Origin: Neophaeotheca triangularis
Taxonomy: Eukaryota
Length of the DNA stretch: 64,000 nucleotides
Assembly (NCBI GenBank): GCA_054600435.1
Contig: BAAIJX010000010.1
Span: 248,001 to 312,000 of the forward strand
Direction: 5' to 3'
In this document: positions 33,278 through 45,764 of the stretch, piece after piece
How positions within the stretch are numbered: position 1 is the stretch's first letter
Layout: each line of letters starts with the position of its first letter
Notes under the pieces: generated by a model
Databases searched by the model: none
The model's input: only the letters and a program-made list of their open reading frames with translations
What the model was told of the DNA's origin: nothing
Program-made: the position numbers and the translations under genes

Positions 33278-34609
33278 TCAAAGCCCCAACTTCCCCAACG
33301 GCATCCCCTCAGTAAAAATCCACCCCCTCTCATCACCGTCCAACCTCAATCCTCCATCCTCCTCGTAAATCGCTCTCCGCCAAACCCACGGCCCACCCTG
33401 AAACCCCACTCTCTCAACCGTCCGATCCCCCAACTCCGGCATCCCCTTCCAAAACCCCTTCCTCATCATTCTCCCCAAAACCGCCACTGGCAACCGCATA
33501 ACCCCATCCCACTCCGGTCGGACGTATTCCTCCCTCAACGGACACCCGCGCTCATTAGCCTCGTACCAGTGTATGAGCTCCGCATCCGGCAGGGGCACCA
33601 ACACTACAATCTTACCCCTCAGACTCTCCACAGCGACCTTATCCTTTCCATCCGGCGAATTCGTGACATACCGGATTTTGTCGTCTGGTGCGGACATGGT
33701 TGATACAACCCCGCCCACCACCGCTTTCTCAAGCGCATATCCCGTTTCCGCCCAGACTTCGCTATCGCCGAGGAAGGGCTCGTACTGGCTGTCGAGATTC
33801 CTGCGAGCCGCCATGACAAGAGCGTGCCCGAATTCGTGGAGTAGCGTGGTGGCTAGGTTCCAGATGTGGTGGAGTTGGGCGGCGGGGTCGACGGGGAGTT
33901 GTTGTTTTTGGAGAGCGAGGAGGGGGGTATGTAAGCGTGACGCGAGGGCTATGTGGCTGCCGTGCCCGGGGAGGGGATAGGGGGGAAGGTTTTGTGGGGG
34001 GTTAATGGTTATGGGCTCGCGGTTGCGGTGGGTTTCGCCGCTGGTGAGTTGGTGGTAGAGGGCGTCGGTCTCGGTTTCTGCGGGGCGAAAGGAAATGGTT
34101 AGGTGGTTGCTGAGTTCGGCGAGGGTGGCGAGGATGCTTGTCCATTGCTGTGGACGAGGGCGGGCGGTTGAGGGGTTCGCATATTCCGGGTGGGGGTACA
34201 GGATGTCGACGATTCCTGATGCTTCGTCCCCGGAGAGCACATTTCTGGTGAAGGTGGGGTGTGCGGCGTCGTTGTAGGGGTAGCGGTCGAGGATCGTGTG
34301 TATGACTGTGAAGGCGCCAACGGTGCAGAGGAGTTGGGAGGCGAGCCGGCAGGCTTTTTCGGCGACTTGGAAGTAACTTTTGTTTGGCCAGACCTTCTCG
34401 GAGAATACGGGTAGGATGGGGAAATCCTCGTCGAGCTCGTCGGTGCTCATCCCGCTTAAGTCTTCTAGGAAGTCGTAGAAATAGGTTGGGCGACGGCGTG
34501 GATTGTCCAAATCGGCTTCGTTTTGGCTGTCGATATCCATGGCATCGTGGTCCAAGTAGGGAGTTGCCGATGGAGGAGCGTCTAGCATGTCGACGTCAAA
34601 GTTATCCAT
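33278..34609 (-). CDS. Hypothetical protein with zincin-like HEXXH motif
   Basis: 443-aa ORF; LATTLLHEFGHAL followed by AETGYALE. Confidence 0.7.
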   Translation of the reverse strand: MDNFDVDMLDAPPSATPYLDHDAMDIDSQNEADLDNPRRRPTYFYDFLEDLSGMSTDELDEDFPILPVFSEKVWPNKSYFQVAEKACRLASQLLCTVGAFTVIHTILDRYPYNDAAHPTFTRNVLSGDEASGIVDILYPHPEYANPSTARPRPQQWTSILATLAELSNHLTISFRPAETETDALYHQLTSGETHRNREPITINPPQNLPPYPLPGHGSHIALASRLHTPLLALQKQQLPVDPAAQLHHIWNLATTLLHEFGHALVMAARRNLDSQYEPFLGDSEVWAETGYALEKAVVGGVVSTMSAPDDKIRYVTNSPDGKDKVAVESLRGKIVVLVPLPDAELIHWYEANERGCPLREEYVRPEWDGVMRLPVAVLGRMMRKGFWKGMPELGDRTVERVGFQGGPWVWRRAIYEEDGGLRLDGDERGWIFTEGMPLGKLGL

Positions 34610-35440
34610 GTCTCTCGACCGTTTCGTTTTGACTTCGCCATGCCTTGTGTTCTAGTTGTAGCGCCCTGGAAAGGCGTGGAAATCGTTGTGGATGGTCTTG
34701 GTGCTATCCGTCTTCCCAAGAGGGAAAGTATAAGTTCTTCGCTCAAGAAGCCGGTTCGATCGCAGAAAGATACAAGCGTTACAAAGCAGGGATACTACGG
34801 TGCGGTAGCATTATGCGTTTGTCTCGCAAGGTAATCTAGGGTCACACTAGCCCAATACCTCTTGTGTGGGCTTCATCTTCACTGCATGCTCAAAGTGAAG
34901 TGGACCTCAACATAGTGAAGCGGAGGCTGCCCAACATGTAGTCCAAAATTTGTCAATCAAGTCAGACCGACAGAACCATGCCCGGAGCTTTGGTGTCTAA
35001 TGTTGAACAACTTGTTGCGAGAGATGTAGAAGAAAAGCGTGAGATGTGCACGGGCCTTGCGATATCTCTACGCAATACCAGAACAGCCTCTGTATTCGAT
35101 GTCGCAGACATGCTTCGCCTAGGTCTTCTCTCTCGAAGAACATGCCATACACCAAAGCTCTGTAGTAGAACTTCGGTGTAGCGGGAAACCAATCCGGCCT
35201 TAACTATGGCCTACGCTTAGGGCCCAATGTCCACTAAGTGTTAGGTGGGAGGTATCACAAGAACCCCCGTCCTTTAGATAAGTTTAGGAGTTGGAACGTG
35301 TCGCGATCCGGAAGGCTTGATTTTTGCCCTTTTTTGCTGCCATGTAGAATAATTCCGTCTTGCGGCTTTAAAGTGTCTAATGTTCTTAATCTGGCTCCTG
35401 TTTCTCGCAACAAGGGAAAGGCACATACAGTCCCTCAAGT

Positions 35441-36124
35441 CTAGAGTCTTTTTCCGCTAATAGTCTGCACGTTTTTGCGTATCCCTGGCCCCGGTGGCAT
35501 CACCCCTCCTGCAATCGCGCCAGTCCCCGCAGCCGGCGACGCAGCCGGCTTCACACTTTTCCGCCCAAACAGCCTTCCCGCCACACCAACAACAGGCACG
35601 AACGTCCATCTCGCAAACCAAGGCGTCGCCCACACGCTCGCAACTAAGCGTAGCGGCAATAGCGCCTTCGTCAAAGCATACGCCGTCGCAATCTCCAACA
35701 CAACCTTCACGCCCTCTTCCCCCTGATACTTCCCCTCAGCAGCATAAAGCTCCTCCGCACCACTCCCCTCCCTATCTTCGCTCTCCTGCCCCACCCACCC
35801 CTTCTTCCGCAAATACCGCCCAAATTTCTCCGACCCCTCTCTCACAACTGCCGAATCCACGAGCGAGCTGGGCAGCCAGTCGAAATAGTGAAACGCGGCC
35901 GCGAAACCAAACAGCGGGACAACGGCCGTGATCTCGTGTAAAATTAGAAATGCGGTGATATGGGAGACGGGGGCGGATTTGAGCGGTATGGTGAAGCGGT
36001 GCAGGAAGCGGGGCAGGCGGGCGTTGATGCGGTCGATGCTGTATTTGGGTGTTGGTGGTTTGGTGGAGTAGAATTTTGAAATGAGGGGAGAGGGTTTGAG
36101 GAAGTTGAAGATGGGGCGGATCAT
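35441..36124 (-). CDS. MRX11: Mitochondrial membrane protein, Mrx11/DUF1279-like
   Basis: Presequence, then RLPRFL..APVSHITAFLILHEITAVVPL and ATAYALTKALLPLRL..SVWATPWFAR. Confidence 0.72.
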   Translation of the reverse strand: MIRPIFNFLKPSPLISKFYSTKPPTPKYSIDRINARLPRFLHRFTIPLKSAPVSHITAFLILHEITAVVPLFGFAAAFHYFDWLPSSLVDSAVVREGSEKFGRYLRKKGWVGQESEDREGSGAEELYAAEGKYQGEEGVKVVLEIATAYALTKALLPLRLVASVWATPWFARWTFVPVVGVAGRLFGRKSVKPAASPAAGTGAIAGGVMPPGPGIRKNVQTISGKRL

Positions 36125-37507
36125 CGTGGGTAGTCGTTGGTGCGGACCTGGCAGTGTCTTGATGCGATTGCGGATGCTCACAGGTGAGGTCGGGATGTCC
36201 GGCGTTCACTCGGGCCGACGAATTTGGTGGAATGAGCGTCAGTCTCCAACCTCGATCTCCCTCCCATTTTCCACCCATCTACCATATCACGCATCATCGC
36301 ACTTAGAGGTCAGCGCTGAAGTGAATTGTTGAGAAACCTTTCTGCCCGCAGATGTGGCGACGGCGTTCCATCAGAAACAAAGATCATTGCTTTCAGTAAT
36401 GATCGCAGAAGGAGCCATGTGCATGCCTTTCAAGACTCGAGAAAAGGAGGCCCGGATGTTCTTGATGGCTTGAGACAAAGAGTATTTAGGTATGGTAGGT
36501 ATGTATCTCGTGAAAAAGCATATGCTTCTGGCATACCTCTGGTACCGTTCATGTCCTTTTCCCATCGTCCATCTGGTCACTTCACTGCAAAAAGCTGTTC
36601 CCCTTTAAGCTCCCTGTCAAGATATGGAAAGACCTCCTCGCGCACGCAGATGCCCTCGACACTGGCTTGGGTAACATCTTAACTGGAGCCCCCAGGATGC
36701 GAGCAGGGTCTGTACTTGGCTCCGACTGCGTAAGGTGCTCCCTTCCCGGCCGCTACTCTTTCAGTCTCTTTCTCAGAGCGACTGCTAATGCTCGACCTCA
36801 AGCAGTGCGACGCCCGAACCAGAATACGATGGCGGCGAATGGAGGACGCAAGCTAATGGCCAAGCATGGCGTCTGCCCTCGCTACCTACTTCTAGGCCAC
36901 TCTCGGCCTTCTGGAGGAACTTCAGGGTATGCAGTGTTGAGGGTGAGGCCGGTGAGGCTCGCCCGCCAAAGCCTTCCAATGTGTTTCTAGAGGTACTGCC
37001 GAAGAAGCTAAGGAGGGGCCTTGGTGTTCGGCTTCTCGCAAGGTCGTCGGGCGGTAGAAGTATGTTCCGCCGAAACAGTCCTTGAGCATCTTAGTTCGAG
37101 TCTCGAGGCAAATCCTCGTTACAACTATAGCCAGGTAGGTACTTGAGCAGTCACAGAACAAAAAATAGATACACGCTCACTTTTCAATGATAGCGGCAGT
37201 GCTTAGAAAATCCTACGTGCGAGTATTCAATGTTGAAGTTGAAGGTGGAAAGTCGGCTAATCTTTGGAGGAGGTGCTTCCAAGGTGTCGTACCTTCCTAC
37301 TCGGTTCTCAAGGCAGTCGCACGCGTCAGTCCCGTGTTTACGCGCACTTTCACAACGCGAGCAAGGCATCCGGGGGCATCTGTCTTCTTCAGCAACCTGC
37401 ATCCTCCCACAACAGCACAACACCTGACCCTCCATTGCTCAAGACGGAGAAACGCGCAAGGTATTTTCAATATCAGGTTACAGAGCTGGTAAACACATGT
37501 TTTGCTA

Positions 37508-39856
37508 ATGCACAAGCCAGGCGCAGCAATTAGCCAAGAGGGAGTCCCACCGGCTCTGGGCAACGGCACTGACGAGAGCAGCAGCAGCAGCAGCATGCAG
37601 CAACCTCATGAAGGCCACGTGCCTGGTCTTGTTGGGGCTGATGTACATCACACTGCGGCCCATGACGAGGAGAGTGTCCCACAATCTCCGTTGCATGAAT
37701 CAGCAGCGCAGCCTGCCTTCCGCGATGAGGAGGCTCCGGTTCTCATCGGTTCTGGACGAATGAATCGTACTTGCCCAACCGCATCAGCCTTACCGAGACT
37801 GGGAACATCCAGCCCCAACCTCGACCCCTCCCTGCTTCGTCCTCAGAGCCAACCGCAATCATTCTTCGGGGTCCCTGGGGACGGACTGGCTACTCGCGGG
37901 CAATTTTCGCCTCTGCGCCAGCCTGCGGCCTTGAACGTCGGTGACACGACTTCCAACGTTCTCACTGCCCAGGCTTACGGCTCTGGTTTGAAGCGTACGC
38001 GCAGCCCCGCCGGCGAAGGTGAAGAGCCCTGCAAGCGCGTTCAGGTGAAGACAGAAGGTGGCCTTGTTGACGGTGATCTCATGCATACTCCTGCTATCTC
38101 CGCTGCCGTTGGGCTGAGCGCTGAAGCATCCGCTACGAACGCCGTCGCGATTGACTTGCTCGACACGCTTGAGCAGGTCATCAAGCACAACACATCTGAG
38201 GCCCTTGATGGGCCAGATGGCGCCTGTTACGAGGGCTTGGTCAAGGCCAGCCGAATCGCTTCTCCGCATGTCGAGTCGGAACCCTCATCGTACATGGCGC
38301 CTGAGGTCTCTTCAGATGTAATGCACGTCATCGAGGCAAGCCGACCTCTACCCCATCACGCTGCGGACTTACAAACAAGTTCGAGAACAGTCACTACTGA
38401 CAATGCCATGGAAAGCGCTGGCTTGCTCAATACCTCAGAGGTGGCCGGGTTCGACGGTATTCACCCTGCCAGAGTTGCTTTGATAGAGAATGGAAAGGAT
38501 TGTATCCCGTGGAATCTGGAGGCTGCAGGAGCTAGAAGCTCTTTGGGGGGTACTGGAGCGAACATTCAGCCAATGTCCAAGCCAGAGGTTCGTCTCTTGT
38601 CTCAACCAGGTGACTCCACCAGTCCCGACGTCCAGCAGTTGAGGGGAGACACTCCCAGGCTGGATTCGATCCACCCTGCCAGAGCTGCATTGCTCGAGTC
38701 GCAGGACAACGAGTACGGACTGCCATGGAACTTGGAAGCTGCAAAGGATGGAAGCGTGAGCGGTACAGGAGCGAACGGGCAGCCACTTTACGCCGTCGCG
38801 GCCCTTTCGCAGTCTCAGTTGGCCGATACTCAAGCTGCACCCAAGCCGCATGCCGCGCATCCTTACAAAGCCGCCGCTGGTCGAAATCGCACAGCCCGTG
38901 CAGCAGCATTAGCTGCGCGTACCAGATGGAGCGCAAAACCACAAAAGAACTTGACAGCTTTGCGCCGCAAGATCCTCGACGACATAACCACCGCACTTGT
39001 TCCGCAGGCCAAAGTAAATCAGCGCGGGTGTCCTGAATACAAAAAAATTCAAGGTCTACTTGACAACCTCATGGGTGGATTGAGGAAGATCGCCAAAAAA
39101 GGAAAAGGTGGTGCGTCTGAACAAGCCAAGTGGTCGAAGGCTGCCACCAAGAGCTCGGTTCCCGCGAAGGCTGATTCCGAAAGCGTGCACGAGGCCTCGA
39201 CTGACACCACATCTCTGCGCACCCAAACTCGCAGAGATTCTGGTGTGGTGATCGATACGTCGCTGCCGAAAGAGTCCCGTCTTGCGCGTGCTGATTTATA
39301 TCGTGCCCCTGGTCGCGTTGACGCGGCCTACCCAGACGCGAGCCGGCCGGATCACTACCGCCCCGGAATACCAGCTCCGCTTGATGCCACTTATTCTGCT
39401 CCCGTGGCTCACGCTGCCTACCATCGCCCCGTGTCAGCTCAGTCTACTCGGAAGGAGACACCTCAAGCTCACCCAGCGCCGCCTCCTGCCACTGTCGTGG
39501 GGTTGCCGTTGTTCTACGGCTATAACGCACCCCTGGCCCCAAACTACTACGCACATGCACCCAACATCACTCCAACTAGTGCATACACCAGCAACATGGC
39601 TAGCTACGCGTACCACCAGCACCGTCCGTCGACTCAGGATCAGTACCGCCCTCAAGAGCAGCCGCCGAATGAGGCACGCGCGCGCAATCTACTTGAGGCC
39701 GGCAATACTTACGATTCGAGTCGCTTGAATCGCTTCGAGAGTAATTACCAGACTACCTACCAAGATTGGCACGATTACTTCAGTCGGCCCAGCCACCGTG
39801 GTAACATTCGTCCCGACACCAACTCTGAAGGGAGAAGATTCCTCGATTACGATTGA
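37508..39856 (+). CDS. Hypothetical low-complexity protein with an internal duplicated ~42-aa module
   Basis: ~780-codon ORF; two copies of IHPAR.AL.E..PWNLEAA..GTGAN.QP. The start may involve an upstream exon. Confidence 0.65.
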   Translation: MHKPGAAISQEGVPPALGNGTDESSSSSSMQQPHEGHVPGLVGADVHHTAAHDEESVPQSPLHESAAQPAFRDEEAPVLIGSGRMNRTCPTASALPRLGTSSPNLDPSLLRPQSQPQSFFGVPGDGLATRGQFSPLRQPAALNVGDTTSNVLTAQAYGSGLKRTRSPAGEGEEPCKRVQVKTEGGLVDGDLMHTPAISAAVGLSAEASATNAVAIDLLDTLEQVIKHNTSEALDGPDGACYEGLVKASRIASPHVESEPSSYMAPEVSSDVMHVIEASRPLPHHAADLQTSSRTVTTDNAMESAGLLNTSEVAGFDGIHPARVALIENGKDCIPWNLEAAGARSSLGGTGANIQPMSKPEVRLLSQPGDSTSPDVQQLRGDTPRLDSIHPARAALLESQDNEYGLPWNLEAAKDGSVSGTGANGQPLYAVAALSQSQLADTQAAPKPHAAHPYKAAAGRNRTARAAALAARTRWSAKPQKNLTALRRKILDDITTALVPQAKVNQRGCPEYKKIQGLLDNLMGGLRKIAKKGKGGASEQAKWSKAATKSSVPAKADSESVHEASTDTTSLRTQTRRDSGVVIDTSLPKESRLARADLYRAPGRVDAAYPDASRPDHYRPGIPAPLDATYSAPVAHAAYHRPVSAQSTRKETPQAHPAPPPATVVGLPLFYGYNAPLAPNYYAHAPNITPTSAYTSNMASYAYHQHRPSTQDQYRPQEQPPNEARARNLLEAGNTYDSSRLNRFESNYQTTYQDWHDYFSRPSHRGNIRPDTNSEGRRFLDYD

Positions 39857-40245
39857 GGGTGCAGTGTGGCCCATGGGGAGGTCGATTTGGCACAACACCC
39901 CAGCGAGGCATAGCGTGTGCATCATCCTTGACGCATTCCTAGAGGCAGCATGGCGATGTGAAAGACCCAGCTTTCTTTGTGTATTGCTCGTTCCTCAGTC
40001 TCTCGACATGGACGGAGCAGCATCGGTGGTGCTGTGACGAAGGCGTGGCTCCTCGAGACAGACTGCAGGCTTTATAGTTTAGCGCATAGCTTAGCTGGTA
40101 TGCTATCCCGTACCGTATGAACAATTCTCGCCTCCATCATGCATGTCAAAGCATTTGTCTATACCGCCTTTTCCCAAAAAGACCCAAACACCGCGCTAAA
40201 CCCAGCAAACCCAAGAACAACATCTTTCGTCTCCTCTCTCAAGTC

Positions 40246-40689
40246 TCAACCCAACCTAGCAGCCTCCCCCTCATCCTCCCAAACCCCTAACTCCTCCTTC
40301 CCCAACATCTTCTTCACTCTCTCATCCCTCAACATCCTCGCATCCTTCCTGGGATCCTCACCTTCAACTTTCAACTCCGCCTGAGGCTCCACAGCCTCCC
40401 GATAGAAATGATTATCGCAATGCGGACAGTACTCATCGCTCTCTTCGAATTGCTCCATATCTTTGCGGAAGACTTTGCGGCATTTCTTGCACGCGAAGAC
40501 CATTTCGAGGGTTTGTTTGAGATTATGGGATGGTTGTTGCTCCGCGTGGCATTCGGCACAGTCGAACCATTGTCTGCAGCAGGGGCTGCGGATCGCGACT
40601 TGGGCGTTGAGGATGTGTTTGCTAGGGTTTGGGTTAGTTGACGTGGGTTGGAGGGTTGGTTCGGGAGGGTAGAGGGGGGCTCACCACAT
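40246..40689 (-). CDS. CHY-type zinc finger protein; intron 40622-40684
   Basis: Spliced MCKHILNAQVAIRSPCCRQWFDCAECH..FACKKCRKVF..YCPHCDNHF. Confidence 0.88.
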
Positions 40690-41405
40690 GGTGTTTGTTT
40701 GGACTGCGGTGTTGGTTGCCCTCTTTGTCTTTCGTGGTGAAACAGTGTAGATGTGAGTGACTTGGAGTTGTGATCACCACCTGCACTTGTTGTTAATGGT
40801 GAGACCCGCGTCTTCACTCCGCGTCGGCTCGAGTAAGAGGTAAAGTTGATGTGTTTCACAAACCCATGCGCGCGACGGATCGCACCTTCCCGCTTGACGA
40901 TCTCGTGTCAGAAGTCTGGGGTAGGTAGTGAGCATATTGCGTGGCTCCCGATCGCGTGGCATGTCTCAACTGCGCCTAATCAGGGTGAAGTGAAATACCT
41001 GGAATACCAAAGAAACACAGCCAGGGAGACATTATTGCAGTCAATTGCGAGAAGAGGGTGTCCGATCTACCTACCTATTCCACTTCCACTTCCACTTCCA
41101 CCAACAGCTGTGACTACTCTACCAATTGCCATCCCGCCCATCTACACCTCACCGAATTTTCTTGGACGGGCTTTTACCCGGACCTCAAATCACTGCGGGC
41201 TCTTCAAGAAAATCACTGCCTGGCAGATAAGGGATCTCTTAACGGACCGGATACCAATCGTAGCACAAAAACGTACAACTGTGGTACACAAGAGGCGGGG
41301 GCTGGGGGCCTGAGAGGAAAGCCTCGTCAGATGGAGGACGAGGCGCTCCATACCACGCTGCATAGTGGTTAGTAGAGGGGTACAGAGTCTCTCTCTGGCA
41401 AAACA

Positions 41406-44400
41406 ATGGACTCCAGAGAGACCAGTGACGCGCCCTCTCCTGTCAGAGGGGTGTCGTCTTTAAGATCAAGATTTGAGAATCTTGGCAAGGATAGCGAAGC
41501 GCCTCCGAGCCCAGCAACGAGTACGCGACAATTCTCTTGGGGCTCGCAGGTCAGCAATAACACGGTGACCAATGGCAGACCGAGGACCTCTGCCGGGGAG
41601 GGCAGTGACGCGAGTGGGTTTTCAGCCCCAGGCGAAGCCCCTGCTGCTGCTGCGGTACCACAGCTCGCTGCCCCTCAACTTCGCAAACGTCCTGGCCTCA
41701 CACCTCCAAAGCCGAGACCGGAGTCCATGATTTCCGTAGTGCCTTCTCAGCAGTCACCGCCTATGGTGACAGTGAATTCTCCGCGGACACCTGCCGTTAA
41801 CTCTTCCGTTGACTTTCGCATGGCTGACACTTATGCTTCTACCGATTCTCCTGTCACTGCGTCTCGTACCGGGTCTCCCACACGAAGCAAATTCAAAGTC
41901 CCCAGTCAAGCTAGCACGCCGCTCCCTGAAGCACGCATGTCTGCTTTCTTCCCGTCAGAGCAGTCTCAAAGCAGTAGCGTCCCCCCGCAAATACCGATGG
42001 ACAGCAAGCCAAAACCTTCAAGTGGTCCACCACCTGTAAATAGAGCTGGCAAACCAGCGGTACCTAAGAAGCCATCCAACCTCGGAAAGCCTTCTGATGG
42101 TCTTTCTGCGCCAGAGCAAGCCGCTGAGCTCACGGATCACAGCGCGTCGCCTTTTCATACTCCCCCTAGTAGTGGGAACAACACCCCAGGGGAACGTAAA
42201 ACGGCCGAGCAGCGAAGCAGCGTCCATTCAGATGCTTCGTTTGTAGAAACCATCGCCGAGCGAGCGAGGGCAAACTCAAATGCATCCTGGGTAGAAAGAG
42301 TGCGAGGTGACTCCAATGCCTCGACCATGTCGTCTTCGTCATTGCCACGGGAAGGCTTTTTCCAACCGCCGCCTACTCATCATGCCGTGACTGCACGGAG
42401 AGAACAACAGGCAAACGACACCTCCAGAACTCCACCCATGAAGCCCTCACGCTACACACCCATGCATAGCAGAGATATGAGCGCTGCTGGGGATCTTCCC
42501 AGCAATCGGCCGTCGCTTCCCTCACGTCCAGAACTGCAGACTAGGGCACGACAGACGAGCCCGCGCAGAACAAGCCCCCGAAGAACAAGTCCTGGAAGAA
42601 CCAGCCCGGGTAAGCCACGCTCTGGCCGCACTAGTCCATTGAAGAAGGTCCTCAATCAGCAACCTTCTCATGGGCCGCCTAAGCGGACGAACACCTTTGG
42701 GGAATCAAGCACACCTCGAATACCGGCGACCAAAGCCCCTCAGAAATCGGCGCTCTCGCTCGGCTTTGACCGCGCAACGCAGGCACCAACGTCTACTGCA
42801 CCACCCGCCATTCCTGCTCCGAGAAGATCAATGGACCGTAGACTCCAGATACAGGCAGAAACACCACAAGCGGAGGCTCTCAAGCCACGAAGCCAGGATA
42901 ACACGCCTACGAATGCGACTAACGGCTCGCATGACGATATACCTGAGCCACCATTGTCAGGTCCTGGGCCAGCGGATTTTCCAGATTCATCTCACGCAAA
43001 TCGTCGGCCGCCCATGTACAAGCAGAGACCCTGGCAAATACCCACAGAATACGACACTAGGCTGTTTAGAGTGTGTGGCGAGATCGTCTGCACCACGGGT
43101 TACTTGACAAAGGCTTGGAATATGCGCACTGGCGAACAGCTTCTCAACATGGCGCATCATGAAAACGTCCGCGTGACTTCTCTGGCATTCAAACCTTCCG
43201 CCAGTGTGGATGATGAAGGTAAGCGTATATGGCTAGGTACTAGTATCGGTGAGATCCACGAAATCGACATACCTAGTCAGAGCCTTGTCAAGACTAAGAC
43301 GGGTGCTCACACACGGCGCGAAATTATCAAAATGTACCGGCATAGCTCTAGCCTCTGGACGCTCGACGATACTGGTGACTTGAGCGTCTGGAGAGCCGAT
43401 AGCAAGGGCATGCCGAGTCTCGACGCTCAGGCCGCGCACTTCCGCACCAAGCGAGGCCACAGCTTCTCCATAGCATGCGATGGGCATTTGTGGCTTGCCA
43501 CTGGCAAGGAGGTCCGGGTCTACCTGCCGAGTGCAAAATCTGATGAAGAGTTCAATGTGTTGAAAGAACCATTGACGCAGCACAACACGAGCGACATCAC
43601 TTCTGGAGCGACTATCAGCAGCAAGCCAGATTTGATCTACTTCGGTCATGGAGACGGCAAGGTCAGCATCTACGACCGCCGCAACTTCTCGTGTGTTGCT
43701 GTCGCGAATGTCAGTCTGTACAAGATCAGCTCCATGGCAGGCGTCGGCGACTACCTGTGGGCTGGTTACAACACGGGCATGGCATACGTGTACGACACCT
43801 CTGTGACGCCGTGGCGTGTGAAGAAAGACTGGCAAGCACACGACAAGCAGATATGTGGCATGATCGCCGATCAGTCTGCTGCGTGGAAGTTGGACCGCTT
43901 GCAAGTCGTCTCGCTGGGAACAGATAACATGCTTCGCATTTGGGACGGCATGCTTGAACAGGATTGGATCGAATCACAAATGCAGCAGCACGACTCTGAA
44001 TACTGCTCATTCCGCGAGATATCAGCTGCGGTGCTGACGTGGAATGCTGGCGCCAGTAAGCCTGGACAGCTGCAGTACACGAAAGAAGACGATAACTTCT
44101 TCCGAAAATACCTGACAGCGCAACAGGAGCCGCCTGATGTCTTCGTGTTCGGGTTCCAAGAGCTAGTTGACCTCGAAGACAAGAAGGTCACAGCCAAGTC
44201 CTTCTTCAAAAGCAAAAGCAAAGCCGCTGGCGAGCCGGAACACATGAGCCACCAATACCGCGCCTGGCGCGACTATCTGACCCGAAGTCTCGAAGACCAT
44301 ATGCCCTCGGATACTCCCTACACACTCCTACACACGGCCAATATGGTCGGTCTATTCACCTGCGTCTTCGTCAAAAGCTCCGAACGCACCCACATCCGGC

Positions 44401-45310
44401 ACGTTCACACCTCCGAAGTCAAACGCGGAATGGGCGGTCTTCACGGCAACAAAGGCGCCCTGATCATGCGTCTCGTCCTCGACGACAGCAGCGTGTGCTT
44501 CATAAACTGCCACTTGGCAGCCGGGCAAACGCAAACCATCAACCGCAACAACGACATCGCAGCCATCCTCGAAGCCGAAACTCTACCCACTTTCCCACTC
44601 TCCCAAACCAGCGCTGCCGCCCACTCGGACGTCTTCACCTCGGGCGGCGATGGCTCCATGGTACTCGATCACGAAATCTGCATCCTCAACGGCGACCTCA
44701 ATTACCGTATAGACACCATGGGCCGCGACACGGTCGTCAAGCACATTGCGCAACGCAACCTGCCACGCCTGCTCGACCGCGACCAACTGCTACTTTCGCG
44801 CAAGAAAAACCCGGGTTTCCGCCTCCGTGCTTTCCGCGAAAACGACATCACTTTCCCGCCGACGTACAAGTACAATGTCAACAGCGACGACTACGACACC
44901 AGCGAGAAGAGGCGCGCGCCTGCTTGGTGCGATCGTATTTTGTACAGAGGGTTGGGTAAGGTGCGGTGCGTGGATTATAGAAGGTGGGAGGATTTACGCA
45001 TCAGTGATCACAGACCCGTCAGCGGTTTCTTCAGGTTGAGGGTCAAGAGCGTGAATGTGGAGAGCAGGCGGGTGGCGTGGGAGAGGTGTTTGAAAGAGTT
45101 TGAGGCTGTAAGGGGGAGGGTTTGGCGTGAGGTGCAGTGAGTTCGATCCCTTTGTTGATCCCTTCCTTTTTTTTTTTTTTTTTTGGTCTTTCTCTTCTTT
45201 GAGCGGCGGTTGCTAACTTGTATTGCAGACTTGATTACTTGACCAATACGTTTGGTTTGTCGAAGGAGACAGCCATGGCGGCGCTCAAGGGGCAGACGGA
45301 TCCGTATTAG
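41406..45310 (+). CDS. Inositol polyphosphate 5-phosphatase with Pro-rich N-terminus and WD40-like beta-propeller; intron 45137-45228
   Basis: TWNAGA, FGFQELV, GNKGA, NCHLAAG, GDLNYRI, FPPTYKY, PAWCDRILY, SDHRPV; last exon QLDYLTNTFG..Y*. Confidence 0.92.
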
Positions 45311-45764
45311 TAATGTCGAATCGACGGTTTGTCCTGAGGACCTGAGGAAGTCGAGTGTAGAGACGGATGAACGCGGTTGACGAACGAGGTCGTCAGATCA
45401 CTAAAATCACCTAGTTTGCTGCTGTCTACACAAACCATGCAATCTGGAAGGCATCAAATCTAGTGAGGTCCAGGTATTCTTCTATTGGACATGATCGGGA
45501 CGTACCTAGGTACCTAGCCACAGATCGTCCAGCCTCAACCCTATCTCAATCGATTGTGTGGGGAATTTTCCCGATCCAGCCCCTCGGTGGCCCCTGCTTC
45601 ATCCTTCTACGTCACCATGTGATATTCACGCGTCACTGGCACGCGAGAGCTCCTGTCCATCAAGTCGGCCGCTTTGGCAGATTGTCGTTCTTTCTGGCAT
45701 CTGCCCACTACAAACAGAACCTGCACTCTCTCCTGCCAATCCAACCCTTTTCAATACCAATCTC

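Noticed and set aside
32885..33703. 272-aa plus-strand ORF
   Set aside because: Non-ATG start, no motif, half antisense to the HEXXH gene.
45167..45184. Poly-T run
   Set aside because: Simple homopolymer inside an intron; no retroelement features.
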